Part shown: positions 46,049-56,376 of the stretch, one piece after another
Layout: each line of letters begins with the position of its first letter
How positions within the stretch are numbered: the first letter of the stretch is position 1
Assembly: GCA_963664115.2 (NCBI GenBank)
Contig: CAXWPJ010000009.1
Location: forward strand, 992,001 to 1,056,000
Length of the DNA: 64,000 nt
Origin: Terriglobia bacterium
GTDB lineage: Bacteria > Acidobacteriota > Terriglobia > 20CM-2-55-15
Reading direction: 5' to 3'
Translations under genes and position numbers: made by a program
The notes under the pieces: model-generated
The model's database searches: none
Told to the model about the DNA's origin: nothing
What the model saw: the letters and a program-made list of their open reading frames with translations, nothing else

Positions 46049-49000
46049 ATGAAACTGAGTTTCAGGCTTTTGTCAACAACCTGTTTTGTCCTGTTATTTT
46101 CCTGCGTTTCAGTGTTTGCGCAGACGACGGCTCAATTGAACGGCAGGGTCGAGGACCCGACCGGAGCGAGGCTGCCGGGCGTCGAGGTCACGGCCACGCA
46201 AATCGATACGGGCGTTACCCGGCTCGTCGTAACCAATGAGACGGGCAGCTACACCCTGCCGAGCCTTCCGCTCGGACCGTATCAGTTAGAGGCAACCCTT
46301 CCGGGGTTCAGCACTTTCCTGCAGTCCGGAATCGTGCTGGCAGTCGGTAGCAGTCCAAACATCATTATTACCCTGGAAGTGGGCCAGGTGGCCCAGACGA
46401 TAGAAGTGACGGCCTCTGCCGCTCTGGTGGAAACCCGGACCCTGGGCATCGGGGAACTCGTCGCAAGCGAGCGCATCCTGGACCTGCCGCTCAACGGACG
46501 TAATGTGACCCAGCTCATCCTTCTGGCCGGCGGGGCCGTCCAGACGGAATTGGATAGCCCTCATAGGCAACCCAGAGGCGCGGTGGAAATGTCTGTCGGC
46601 GGCGGCGCCGAGGGCACGACAATGTACTCGCTGGACGGGGCCATTCACGTCGATCCCCACAACCTCAACAACCTGCCCATGCCTTTCCCCGACGCGCTCC
46701 AGGAGTTCAAAGTGGAGTCGAGCGCAACCTCCCCGGCCGCGGGGACGTTTTCGGGCGCGTGGGTGAATGCGGTGACCCGATCGGGCACGAACGCATTTCA
46801 CGGCAGCGCGTTTGAGTTTGTGCGCAACGATGCGTTAAACGCCCGGAGCTATTACGCAAGCGAGGGAGACACGCTCAAGCGCAACCAGTACGGCGGCACG
46901 ATCGGAGGGCCCATCGTGCCGAACAAGCTGTTCTTCTTTTTCGGTGCCCAGCTGACCACCCTTCGCACGGATCCGACCGACCAGATCAAGACCGTGCTCA
47001 ATACCGACATGGTCAACGGCGACTTCAGCACGTTCATGGGGCCCACGTGCAGGTCAAGGCCGGAACAACTCAACCAGAACGGAACCGAAGGCGGCCTCTT
47101 CTTCGATGACAACAACCGAGTCCTGCCCGGAGCCCCGTTCAGTGTCGTCGCGCGGACTCTCATGACGCGACCGGACTGGCCGGGAGACCAAGCCGACGAG
47201 TGCGGCATCCTCCGATACGGACAGAGGGAAATCCAGGACCAGAACAACGTGGTCACCCGTATCGACTATCAGATAACCGACAACCACTCGCTGTTCGGGC
47301 GTTATCTGGGCGACTTCTACAACGAGCCCAACGCCTACGCACTGGAAGGCGGGGTTAACATTCTGCACAACGAACGCAGTGGGGAAGGCTTCAACAATGG
47401 CGCCACCTCATATGCCATAGGTTTGACATCTCTGTTGGGTCCGAGCATGGTCAACTCTTTCAGCATGGGGGTGAACCGCCACTCAATCGTCCGTTTTGTG
47501 GCCGATACGGGCACACCGGACGATTATGGGGCCAATACATTCGCTTATCCCGTGATCTACCCGGGGGCGGATACCTTCAAGTGGGACAATGACGAGTTCG
47601 ACCTTGGATCCCGCACCGGACCCATTACCACCATGACCTATTCGATCGGCAATAATGTCAGCCTTGTACGGGGCGACCACCAGTTCACCATTGGCGGGAC
47701 CTATGCGCACTGGAGAAACTATTCCCGATCCCAGGCCCATTCCGCGGGCACGTTCACCACGGACGACTTCTTTACCGATGAGATCCTCGCGGACTTTTAC
47801 TTTGGAGCCATCGACTCCTTCCGCCAGGCGACACCGATCGAAGACGACTCGAGTCAGGACCATCTGGGATTGTTTTTCTCCGACACCTGGCAGGCGACGG
47901 ACAACCTGACTTTGAATCTCGGCGTGCGCTGGGAGCCCCGGATTCAACTGGTCATGCGGTCCGGCCACAACGTGAATTTCGACGTAGATCGATATAATGC
48001 CCGACAGTCGAGTTCCATATTCGTGAACTCGCCCTACGGCCTGGTCTTCCCCGGCGAATCCGGATATGCGGGCAACAACTCGTGCCGCGACAATGGAGTC
48101 TGCCTGGGGTCGGGCTTTAACAATCGCTATAACCAGTTCGCGCCGCGCGTGGGTTTTGCCTGGGATGTTGCCGGGGACGGCCGCACCGCGCTTCGCGGCG
48201 GCTTCGGCATCGCCTACGACATATTGAGAATGTCGTCCCACATCGGCGAGCAGATGACGCCATGGCAGCCGGATATCCGACTCTCGAGTGTCTTTATCGA
48301 TGACCCCTATGCCGACTTTGAAGGTGGCAATCCATTCCCGACACCGTTCGTGACCAACAACGACACCGATTTCGACGGTTTCCAGCCGGGGACCGTGATC
48401 ACGCATAACCCGGATGCGAAGTCGGAGACCAAGTATCTGTGGAACCTCAGCATCCAGCACCAGCTGGGCGATGACATGATGGTCGAGGCGACCTACATCG
48501 GTAACCGGTCGGTGCACATCTGGGACAACACGGAACTCAATCCTCAGATTTACATTCCCGGCGTCGGCGACGCCAACGGGAACTGTTTCTATGAAGGACA
48601 CGTGGCGTTCCAGGTTCGCGCGGGCCGCGACTGTTCCTCGAGCAGGAATCGCGACGACCGCCGCGTGTTTGGTCTCGCCCACCCGGATCTGGACACCACC
48701 CAGGGGCTGCTTCGCGCGCGGATGCCTCGACGCGGGGATCAGAACGCGGCGAGCTATAACGGGATGATTCTCAGATTCCAGCGCCGCGGTACGAGCGGTG
48801 TGGGTATCAATGCGAACTACACCTGGTCGCACGCCATCAGTACCGATTGGGACCGCTTTGCGCGGATCGGGGGCAACGTCAGGTCCGCGGGCGTTGATCC
48901 CTTCGTGCGGGAAATCGCCAGGTACAATAGCGATGCCGACCGCCGGCACATCTTTAATGCCTCCATCATCGCCGAGTCGCCGCAGTTTGCCAATAACACG

Positions 49001-49453
49001 CTGCGCATGATCGGATCCGACTGGAAGGCTTCGCTCATATACAGACTGCAGTCGGGCGAATGGCTCTCGATCGATGGCGGCTCCGACACCATGAGGGACG
49101 GCGGTCGCGAGCGGGCCGTCCAGCTCCAGGACGATGCGTACGGGAACCGCTCGACACGAGGGAATGGCTACTTCAATGAGGACGCCTTCGAGAGACCGGG
49201 TACGGGCACCTATGGCACCGTGGGCCGGGCCAGCGTCGAAGGTCCCGGAACCTGGGCGATGGACATGTCGCTCGCCCGGACATTCGCATTGGCCGAAACC
49301 CAGAACCTGGAGTTTCGAGTCGAAGCGTTCAACCTGACGAATAGTTTCCGGCCGTTGAACCCGGGGACGCGCATAGGCCGGAGTAATTTTGGCCGGATCG
49401 ACGAATCCCGTGATCCGAGAATCTTTCAGTTCGCTCTGAAGTACATCTTCTAG
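46049..49453 (+). CDS. TonB-dependent receptor (Oar-like), paralog of 31087-34449
   Basis: GRVEDPTGARLPGV, LPLNGRN, PDALQEF, TRSGTNAFHG, RNQYGGTIGGP, PRIFQFALKYIF. GGAGGAG RBS. Confidence 0.93.
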   Translation: MKLSFRLLSTTCFVLLFSCVSVFAQTTAQLNGRVEDPTGARLPGVEVTATQIDTGVTRLVVTNETGSYTLPSLPLGPYQLEATLPGFSTFLQSGIVLAVGSSPNIIITLEVGQVAQTIEVTASAALVETRTLGIGELVASERILDLPLNGRNVTQLILLAGGAVQTELDSPHRQPRGAVEMSVGGGAEGTTMYSLDGAIHVDPHNLNNLPMPFPDALQEFKVESSATSPAAGTFSGAWVNAVTRSGTNAFHGSAFEFVRNDALNARSYYASEGDTLKRNQYGGTIGGPIVPNKLFFFFGAQLTTLRTDPTDQIKTVLNTDMVNGDFSTFMGPTCRSRPEQLNQNGTEGGLFFDDNNRVLPGAPFSVVARTLMTRPDWPGDQADECGILRYGQREIQDQNNVVTRIDYQITDNHSLFGRYLGDFYNEPNAYALEGGVNILHNERSGEGFNNGATSYAIGLTSLLGPSMVNSFSMGVNRHSIVRFVADTGTPDDYGANTFAYPVIYPGADTFKWDNDEFDLGSRTGPITTMTYSIGNNVSLVRGDHQFTIGGTYAHWRNYSRSQAHSAGTFTTDDFFTDEILADFYFGAIDSFRQATPIEDDSSQDHLGLFFSDTWQATDNLTLNLGVRWEPRIQLVMRSGHNVNFDVDRYNARQSSSIFVNSPYGLVFPGESGYAGNNSCRDNGVCLGSGFNNRYNQFAPRVGFAWDVAGDGRTALRGGFGIAYDILRMSSHIGEQMTPWQPDIRLSSVFIDDPYADFEGGNPFPTPFVTNNDTDFDGFQPGTVITHNPDAKSETKYLWNLSIQHQLGDDMMVEATYIGNRSVHIWDNTELNPQIYIPGVGDANGNCFYEGHVAFQVRAGRDCSSSRNRDDRRVFGLAHPDLDTTQGLLRARMPRRGDQNAASYNGMILRFQRRGTSGVGINANYTWSHAISTDWDRFARIGGNVRSAGVDPFVREIARYNSDADRRHIFNASIIAESPQFANNTLRMIGSDWKASLIYRLQSGEWLSIDGGSDTMRDGGRERAVQLQDDAYGNRSTRGNGYFNEDAFERPGTGTYGTVGRASVEGPGTWAMDMSLARTFALAETQNLEFRVEAFNLTNSFRPLNPGTRIGRSNFGRIDESRDPRIFQFALKYIF

Positions 49454-49470
49454 TCGGCTGACGACTATCG

Positions 49471-49503
49471 ACGGCGCGGGAGGCATCTCCCGCGCTGTTA
49501 TTT
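49471..49503 (+). terminator. Rho-independent terminator after TBDR 2
   Basis: ACGGCGCGGGAG-GCAT-CTCCCGCGCTGT followed by TATTT. Confidence 0.65.
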
Positions 49504-49657
49504 CGTAAGAATCAATCCGAGTCTGGGAAGCCTGCCGGTCCCGGCCCGAAGGGGTTCCACACATCTTGATTCGAGCCGGTCCAGAATCATCGTCACTCGA
49601 AATCTGGACATTCTGTCAACTACGACCACAAAATCATGCGTTTTTGCCTCAAAGTTG

Positions 49658-49686
49658 TTGACAGTAGATCAGATAAGATTTATTAA
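49658..49686 (+). promoter_or_regulatory. Putative sigma70 promoter of the DUF1549/DUF1501 operon
   Basis: TTGACA-N17-TATTAA in an AT-rich stretch. Confidence 0.55.
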
Positions 49687-49747
49687 TAGGGAGTAGAATT
49701 CCAAAAATTTTCAGTGCTATTTCTGGTGTCGTCGAGTTAATCTTGCT

Positions 49748-49813
49748 GATGTCGAAAGTTGCCGAGAGTTGCCGAGAAAATTGTCGAGATAGTTATCGAG
49801 AAAGTTATCGAGA
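49748..49813. repeat. Six short direct repeats (consensus RWTRYCGARA, 10-12 bp period)
   Basis: GATGTCGAAA, GTTGCCGAGA (x2), ATTGTCGAGA, GTTATCGAGA (x2). Confidence 0.75.
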
Positions 49814-49846
49814 AATTGACGCCCCGCATCCCGTAGGAGGATAAGT

Positions 49847-51697
49847 ATGAAACCCGCGAAGTTGATGGTAATGGTCACGATGGTGTTGGGTCTGTCGCTG
49901 CTTGTAGTCGCACAGAACCCGCCGCAAGTGAATAGCGAACGTGACGATCTTTTAGAGGCCGCGCACGCACCCGTGTTCTCGACCCAGGATGCGGCGGCAG
50001 AGGCTGGCAGGCTGACGGAAGCCGCCTCTCGGGCCATACCGGGCACCGGGGCTGCCTATGAGCCGATCGCACGAAAAAACTACATCGACGATTTCATCTT
50101 CGGAAGGATTGAAGACGACAACATTCCGCATGCGCCCCTCGCGACAGATGCGAAGTTTCTACGACGGGCGTACCTGGATGCGACGGGACTTCTGCCTTCG
50201 GTGGATGAGGCGCGGGCGTTCCTGAGCGACACCGATCCGAATAAACGCGATAAGTTGATCGACGCCTTAGTCGGCACCGAGGCGTATGCGGAACAGTGGG
50301 CGTATCACTATGGCGAGGTGTTCAGAACGGACGACACGAGTTTTCACCTCTGGACAAAGGAATGGATCTGGGCTGACCGGCCCTATGACGAAGTCTTTTA
50401 TGACATCGTGACGCCCACCACCAAGAGCGCGGCGACTCTGCCGCAGGCTCAATATTATGATCCTGCCGCCTACATTGCCAATCGGTGCATCATCTGGACC
50501 GACGCTGACCACTTGAAAGGATTTAACCGGCTGGATTGGATTGACGAGGTCACGTCCGACCTTGGGCGGGTGTTCCTTGGCATCACCATGGACTGCTTTT
50601 CCTGCCACAACGGTGCGGGGCACGCGGACACCTTCAATCTGTTCCTGGCCAGCCAGAGGAGAACCGACTTCTGGCAGCAGGCGGCATTCTTTGGGACACT
50701 GCGGCCCGTAGGCAACGCGGGTAGCTCGGCCGGGGCCCAGTTCCAGAATGGTCAGTCGAGCTTCGACGATTTTGCCGGCGGTTACAACACGGGCCTCGAC
50801 GGAAATTTTGTCACCGTTTCGGAGAATCGTTTCCCGCGCGATGGCCGCACCTACGAGCCGGCTTTCCTGCTGACCGGAGAGACGCCGAGAGAGGGCGAGA
50901 ATCCGCGTAAGGCTTTAGGCCGAATCATGCCGACCCATGTCCAGTTTGCGCGGGCAGCGGTCAACCTCATTTGGAAGAAGTTGATGGTGGTGGGTCTGGT
51001 TGAGCCCTACGACGGCTTTGATCTGCTCCGTTTGGATCCGGCCAATCCGCCGCCGGAGCCGTGGACGATTCAGCCGTCCAATCCGGCTTTGTTGGAAGCA
51101 CTGGCCGCGGATTTTCGCGACAACGGCCTCAAACTCCAACACATGATCAAGACGATTATGAAATCCAACGCTTACCAGCTTTCCACCCGCTTTGAGGGGG
51201 AATGGCAGGATGGCTATAGTGCTTACCATGCGCGCCGATTCGCCCGTATTTTGACGGGTCCGGAGGCTGCCGATATCATGTCGCAGGCCACCGGTTCTCC
51301 ATTCGAGAACGGTTATGTCAAGTCTCAAACTCTGCCCAACAGAGCGGGGCGTGATATTTCGAACTTCATGTCGGCGTACTACCAGGGTGGCCGCGAAGCG
51401 CCGCCGGTCGATAAGACCATGGCCACTCCGATGCAGGCCATGATGATGATGAGTTCGATTGTCGTTACCGATCGCGTCACATCCCAGGGTGATACGCGCG
51501 TTGCGAATTTGCTGGCGTCGGACCTGTCGGACGAGGACGCCATCGAGGAATTGTTCCTGGCCGGTCTTACACGTTATCCGGGGGCCGAGGAGGTGACGGT
51601 GGCGAATCGCGTCATTGCCGCAAGAGGCAGGGCGCAGGGCCTCGAGGAGATTCAGTGGTCGGTGTTGAACTCGCCGGAGTTCCTGCTGAATCATTGA
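49847..51697 (+). CDS. DUF1549/DUF1553 (PSCyt2/PSD1) protein with a heme-binding motif
   Basis: NYIDDFI...FLRRAYLDATGLLPS...KRDKLIDAL...VFLGITMDCFSCHNG...FARAAVNLIW...PSNPALLEALA...IMKSNAYQ...LNSPEFLLNH. Confidence 0.88.
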   Translation: MKPAKLMVMVTMVLGLSLLVVAQNPPQVNSERDDLLEAAHAPVFSTQDAAAEAGRLTEAASRAIPGTGAAYEPIARKNYIDDFIFGRIEDDNIPHAPLATDAKFLRRAYLDATGLLPSVDEARAFLSDTDPNKRDKLIDALVGTEAYAEQWAYHYGEVFRTDDTSFHLWTKEWIWADRPYDEVFYDIVTPTTKSAATLPQAQYYDPAAYIANRCIIWTDADHLKGFNRLDWIDEVTSDLGRVFLGITMDCFSCHNGAGHADTFNLFLASQRRTDFWQQAAFFGTLRPVGNAGSSAGAQFQNGQSSFDDFAGGYNTGLDGNFVTVSENRFPRDGRTYEPAFLLTGETPREGENPRKALGRIMPTHVQFARAAVNLIWKKLMVVGLVEPYDGFDLLRLDPANPPPEPWTIQPSNPALLEALAADFRDNGLKLQHMIKTIMKSNAYQLSTRFEGEWQDGYSAYHARRFARILTGPEAADIMSQATGSPFENGYVKSQTLPNRAGRDISNFMSAYYQGGREAPPVDKTMATPMQAMMMMSSIVVTDRVTSQGDTRVANLLASDLSDEDAIEELFLAGLTRYPGAEEVTVANRVIAARGRAQGLEEIQWSVLNSPEFLLNH

Positions 51698-51803
51698 TGG
51701 ACTTGATTGAAAGGTGGGTGGCTTCGTTCTCAAGCGGAGCCACTCTTAGGCTGTCGTAAACCGTCAGACAATGGGTAATCTTTTTGGAGCGAGGAGAGAA
51801 ATA

Positions 51804-53258
51804 ATGGGACGAATAGGGGACTTGAGCCGTCGAGACATGTTGAAATTATTTGGTGTGAGCGTGGCGGGGTCGCTCGCCGGAGTCACATACCCAACCCAGC
51901 TTCGCGCACAAAGTTCCCGGGTGACCCCTTTAGGGACGGCGCGCAACTGTATCGTGATTCAGAACAACGGCGCACCGAGTCCGCCGGAGTTCTTAGACTT
52001 TAAGGAAACCAAATATACGGCGAACGATCTGGATCCCCAGGTCGTCGCTGGAAATTCGGATTTCATTCTGTCGAAGACACTCCTTCCGAGAATGGACGTG
52101 TGGGCGCCGCATGCTGCCGTGGTTCGAGGAATGAAGGGCGTCGCGCTGGTACACTTTCCGGCGCAATACCACGTACAGGCAGGCCGCGCGTTCAATCCCG
52201 CTCTTGTCAGGGAGATTCCGGCATTGGGCAGCGTCATCGCCAGGGACCTCGAGCCCCAGCGCCGGGAGTCGGATACATTCCCCACCTATATCAGCTTCGA
52301 TCTGGACATCGCTCGCTGCCCGCCCATCGGAACCGGGATGTTGCCGCCAAAATATGCCGGCCTCGATCTGACCACGGGCACGATCCTGGAAACCTTCGGC
52401 GGCGGGGGTGAGAACACCGACAAATCGGAGGTGTTGTCCCAACGCTACGAGACTCTGGGCCGGATGTTAGAAGTGTCATCGATGGGAAATGACGCTTTAG
52501 GCTCCAAGGCCGGAGAGTACGTGGCGTCCTACGATTCGGCAATCCAGCTCCTGATGGATCCGCGGTTTCAGCAAGTATTGGATGTGACCGATGAGGAAAA
52601 GCAGCGTTATGGCGTGGATGCGAATCGCGCCCGGTCGAACTTTGGTTTGGGCATGCTGCTGGCCCGGAATGTGCTGAAAGCCGACGCCGGCTCTCGATTC
52701 TTATGGGTCTGCAACTCCACCAACGGCGGAAACGGTCAATTCGACAACCATGACGTTCTCTACGACCGGGAAGCATCTTTGACCGGTGGCCGTGTATCCG
52801 TATACCAAAGCCTCCCCAGGTTTGATATGGCGCTGGCGAGCCTGGTTGAAGATTTGATCGCCATGCCTGGGCACGAGGCCGGAAAGACGGCGTTTGATGA
52901 AACCCTGATCGTCGTGGTCACCGAGTTCGGGCGCACGCCGGACATGAATCCCCATGGCGGCCGCGATCACTATATTGAGACCTACCCGATGATGTTATTG
53001 GGCGGAGGCGTCAAGGGCGGACGGGTTCTGGGCAAGACGGACGAAACGGGCGGCAAGGTGATCGACACGGGCTGGAATTTCAGAGAACAGACCATGATGG
53101 ATCACATGACGTCAACCATCCATTCGGCCCTGGGCACCGATTACAGCAGCGTCATCGAAGACACGCCTTCCGGACGCGCCTATGAGTATCAACAGACCGC
53201 TCCACTCGGTGGACCTTCGTTTATCCCGCTGAGCGGATTCGAGGATCTATTCATCTAA
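51804..53258 (+). CDS. DUF1501 family protein (Tat-exported)
   Basis: SRRDMLK, GAPS, DFKE, PALGSVI, FDNH, ETLIVVVTEFGRTP, GRDH, GGGVKGGRVLGKTD. Confidence 0.88.
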   Translation: MGRIGDLSRRDMLKLFGVSVAGSLAGVTYPTQLRAQSSRVTPLGTARNCIVIQNNGAPSPPEFLDFKETKYTANDLDPQVVAGNSDFILSKTLLPRMDVWAPHAAVVRGMKGVALVHFPAQYHVQAGRAFNPALVREIPALGSVIARDLEPQRRESDTFPTYISFDLDIARCPPIGTGMLPPKYAGLDLTTGTILETFGGGGENTDKSEVLSQRYETLGRMLEVSSMGNDALGSKAGEYVASYDSAIQLLMDPRFQQVLDVTDEEKQRYGVDANRARSNFGLGMLLARNVLKADAGSRFLWVCNSTNGGNGQFDNHDVLYDREASLTGGRVSVYQSLPRFDMALASLVEDLIAMPGHEAGKTAFDETLIVVVTEFGRTPDMNPHGGRDHYIETYPMMLLGGGVKGGRVLGKTDETGGKVIDTGWNFREQTMMDHMTSTIHSALGTDYSSVIEDTPSGRAYEYQQTAPLGGPSFIPLSGFEDLFI

Positions 53259-53262
53259 GACT

Positions 53263-54051
53263 ATGAAACGAATCATTGCATTGACGATTCTTTGTTACGT
53301 TTACGCCGCGTTGCCAGGCGCGGCGCAAACCGCACCGGACGGTATGGAGCTGATTCCGGACGGCGAATTCTGGATGGGCAGGAGCCATACTCTCTGGCGT
53401 GATGGACAGGATTCGGTTCCGCGGGCCAAGATGGATGACAGGCCCGCGAATCTGGTCCATCTAGACGCGTTCTACATGGATAAGACCGAGGTAACGAACT
53501 CGGACTACGCCGCATTTCTCGAAGCGACGGGCACCGAGCCACCCTGGCACTGGCATTTCGGCGAAATCCGCGAAGGCCTGGAGACGCAAGCCGTATTCAA
53601 CGTCAACTGGTATGAGGCGGACGCCTTCTGCTCCGCGGCCGGCAAGCGTCTTCCCACGGAAGCCGAGTGGGAGAAAGCCGCGCGAGGCGGGCTGGATCGG
53701 CAGCCATTTCCTTGGGGGTGGAAGGACGACTATGAAAGCGGAGCCTTTGGGGGTACGGGGGCTCACGCGGTCGGGGAACATCCTCCCAACGGCTACGGTC
53801 TCCACGACATGTCGGCAAACGTTCTGGAGTGGACCAATGACTGGTATGACCCCACGTACTATCCCTTCATGCCGAAGGTGAACCCACAGGGACCAGAGGA
53901 CGGTTTATACAAAAGCACTCGCGGCGGTGCTTGGACGGTTGGCGGTCGGGGCGGTGCTGGCGAACGGGCGTCGAATTTTTACCGCAACTTCAGTGATCCT
54001 GAACTCCGTGGCCTCACGATAGGTTTCCGTTGCGCAATGTCCGTGGATTGA
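53263..54051 (+). CDS. SUMF1/FGE-sulfatase domain protein
   Basis: IPDGEFWMG, FYMDKTEVTN, VNWYEADAFC, KRLPTEAEWEKAARGG, PPNGYGLHDM, NVLEW, RGGAW, IGFRCA. Confidence 0.9.
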   Translation: MKRIIALTILCYVYAALPGAAQTAPDGMELIPDGEFWMGRSHTLWRDGQDSVPRAKMDDRPANLVHLDAFYMDKTEVTNSDYAAFLEATGTEPPWHWHFGEIREGLETQAVFNVNWYEADAFCSAAGKRLPTEAEWEKAARGGLDRQPFPWGWKDDYESGAFGGTGAHAVGEHPPNGYGLHDMSANVLEWTNDWYDPTYYPFMPKVNPQGPEDGLYKSTRGGAWTVGGRGGAGERASNFYRNFSDPELRGLTIGFRCAMSVD

Positions 54052-54137
54052 CAATAGTCTCCCCTGCGCAACATTTTTCAGCCTCACAACAGTGTTTCGC
54101 TGCCCCAAATCAGAAATATCAATAGCTAGGAATAGCT

Positions 54138-54761
54138 ATGAATAGCAAAGGAAGTGGCCGTATGGGTCGATTGACTGTTCTGACCGTGTTTACGCTTTTG
54201 GCTGCTGTTGCCGTTCAGGCGCAGGATGCGTCCGAGGAGCCCCCGGCCGAGTCCGGGCCCGACATCCTTCAAATGGCCGTGGAATGGGTGGATCGACTGA
54301 ACGATCTCGATGAGTGGACCATATCCCTGGATGGCAGGGAAACGGGGGTGGAAGAACGTGTCGACAGCTTGATGGAACTGTTTACTCCCGATGTGCTTGC
54401 GCAAGTACCGCCACACGATGAAAAACAGATTGGCCCGGTGCTGCTTCGTGGCAGCGAGCAACTCCGGTTGTGGGTCGACAAGGTCGCGAGATCACAAGTT
54501 CAAATCGACTATAAACTCCAACTTCAGACTCAGAGTGAATTCGAAGGAGAACCGATGATCTACTCCAAGCAATTGCCTTGGGGCGGACTGGGTCTTTCGT
54601 TTCGAGTCAATGCGAACTATATTTCGCGTCAAGACCGCACAAGCTATCTGGAGTACGGAGCGGTGTTCCTGCAGTATAACGAAGAGGGGAAGATCCAGCG
54701 CTTACGTCTCCTTCTGTCTGAGAAATCCGAGGTTGTAGACTCCGCGGGCGACCAGATATAG
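54138..54761 (+). CDS. Secreted hypothetical protein, possibly NTF2/SnoaL-like
   Basis: Signal peptide. LMELFTPDV...RGSEQLRLW...GAVFLQYNEEGKIQRLRL. Confidence 0.55.
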   Translation: MNSKGSGRMGRLTVLTVFTLLAAVAVQAQDASEEPPAESGPDILQMAVEWVDRLNDLDEWTISLDGRETGVEERVDSLMELFTPDVLAQVPPHDEKQIGPVLLRGSEQLRLWVDKVARSQVQIDYKLQLQTQSEFEGEPMIYSKQLPWGGLGLSFRVNANYISRQDRTSYLEYGAVFLQYNEEGKIQRLRLLLSEKSEVVDSAGDQI

Positions 54762-55253
54762 GGCGTACACTGCATTGCTTCACACCTGATCTGAGACGCC
54801 AGTATGCCCGCCGATATGCCCGCCGACACGCCTGTTATGCGTACGCCTGCAATACGATGATTAGTCGCAGTCCTCGTTGACCGATACGGGAAATGGACGA
54901 CGGCAACCGCTCTCAAACACAAAAATTGAGCCACGCGAAGCCTTGGCCTTCGGGACCTGGTCCAACGGTTATGCGACCTCCTGGTCTTCTGAATGAAGGC
55001 CAGAGTGTGCCGAATACGCTGGCGGGCGCGGCGGATTGTCGGAATGGACGCGAAAGCCGCGACGCGCTCACCGGAAAAATTAACTGGATCGTGACCTTGA
55101 CCGGCACCAAGAAGGACACATTCAAATACTTTTTGTGGTAATCCTTGATACAGGATTTGGTCCTCAGATTTCCGGAGAGTAGCTTGGAGCGATCTTGTCC
55201 TGGAGCCGAAAGGCATATTCAGGGCAATTTCTCCCGGCCGAAGCGAGTCCACC

Positions 55254-56207
55254 ATGCCAGAGATCAGTGAGCTTCATCGAGTTGATTTGCAAAGCGGGCG
55301 CATAACGAAACTGCGCTGGTCACACGACGGACGTTTTCTCGCCATTCCAACGCAATCCGGGTCGACCGCAATCTTCGATATCGACGCCGGCCAGGTTACA
55401 CAGACTTTGGAAGGCCGTTCGGAAGTGACTGCAGTTGGCTGGGACCCCAGGTCCAACCTGATCATGGCCTGCTCCCTTGATCGATCCATAGCCCTGTGGG
55501 AAATGGAGAGCGGAAGGAGCACACCGTTTACCATCAGCGGTCACATAAAACCAGTACACTCCGTCCAATGGACCGACGAAGGTGCGTTCGCCCTCACGTG
55601 CTCCCCTGACCGGATCCGCGCTCTGGATGGATGTTGCCTATTAGCTGGATGGACGGAAGAGATGGAAGACGGCGTCAACAAGACCACCGGCTTTACAGCG
55701 GCCGGCTGTTCGGGCCAGTCCTCGTTCCTTCTTGCGATGGCAGCCCAGAACGGAGCCGTCCTGGTTCTTGCGAACCTCATGTCGGCGGATGTGCTCGATA
55801 GCATCGAAATGGAGCAGCCGGTACGGACGCTCGCATGGTCACCGGCGGAGGAATTGCTTGCTGTAGGGTCGGGCGACGGAATTGTGACGTTTCGTGCCAC
55901 TCATGAAGGTTTCCTAGACCCTGCGCCCGAATTGACACCGCATGCTCCCGGGGTTCACGCTCTTGCATTTTCAGGTGACGGCAGAGTGTTGGCATCCCGC
56001 GACGCTCAGGGATTAAAAATCTGGGATGTCGCAGGGGCAACGTTGATTGTTGCGCTCGACGAAAAGATCGAGATGCTTAACAGTGGCCTTCCGCCTCCGG
56101 AAATCGCGTTTCATCCGGCGAGGCCCTTGCTCGCAACTGTCAACACGAATGGAACCGCATTTCGAATTGTGGACTTGAGTGAGCTGGCTCGGACTTCGGC
56201 CGGATAG
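55254..56207 (+). CDS. WD40-repeat beta-propeller protein
   Basis: LRWSHDGRFLA, VTAVGWDP...SLDRSIALWE, GHIKPVHSVQW, VRTLAWSP, VHALAFSGDGRVLAS...KIWDV. Confidence 0.85.
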   Translation: MPEISELHRVDLQSGRITKLRWSHDGRFLAIPTQSGSTAIFDIDAGQVTQTLEGRSEVTAVGWDPRSNLIMACSLDRSIALWEMESGRSTPFTISGHIKPVHSVQWTDEGAFALTCSPDRIRALDGCCLLAGWTEEMEDGVNKTTGFTAAGCSGQSSFLLAMAAQNGAVLVLANLMSADVLDSIEMEQPVRTLAWSPAEELLAVGSGDGIVTFRATHEGFLDPAPELTPHAPGVHALAFSGDGRVLASRDAQGLKIWDVAGATLIVALDEKIEMLNSGLPPPEIAFHPARPLLATVNTNGTAFRIVDLSELARTSAG

Positions 56208-56376
56208 AAAGCCTGGATCAAACCCCACCCTCGAGCAGTAGTGATCATCCAGGCCCCGGGTCAATGATGCCGCAAGCGAACTCGCCTGGAGCGCCATCGA
56301 TCGCCGTCCGCGTCCAGACTTGAGCCTTGACACTCGGTCGCGGTTTATATATTTATTTACTAGGAGATAGATCATC

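Noticed and set aside
47483-49564. Long antisense ORFs (also 29172-30629, 37610-38776, 59796-61142, 2346-3326, 57514-58476, 63085-63918)
   Set aside because: These are shadow frames opposite well-supported genes in GC-rich DNA and show no recognisable motifs.
49748-49813. CRISPR array
   Set aside because: The units are 10 bp with 0-2 bp spacers and there are no cas genes.
54857-55141. Small ORF 54893-55141 with an upstream in-frame TGA (54878): another selenoprotein or a RiPP precursor
   Set aside because: No RBS, no recognisable family, no GGC-loop hairpin and no adjacent RiPP maturase. Cannot be supported.
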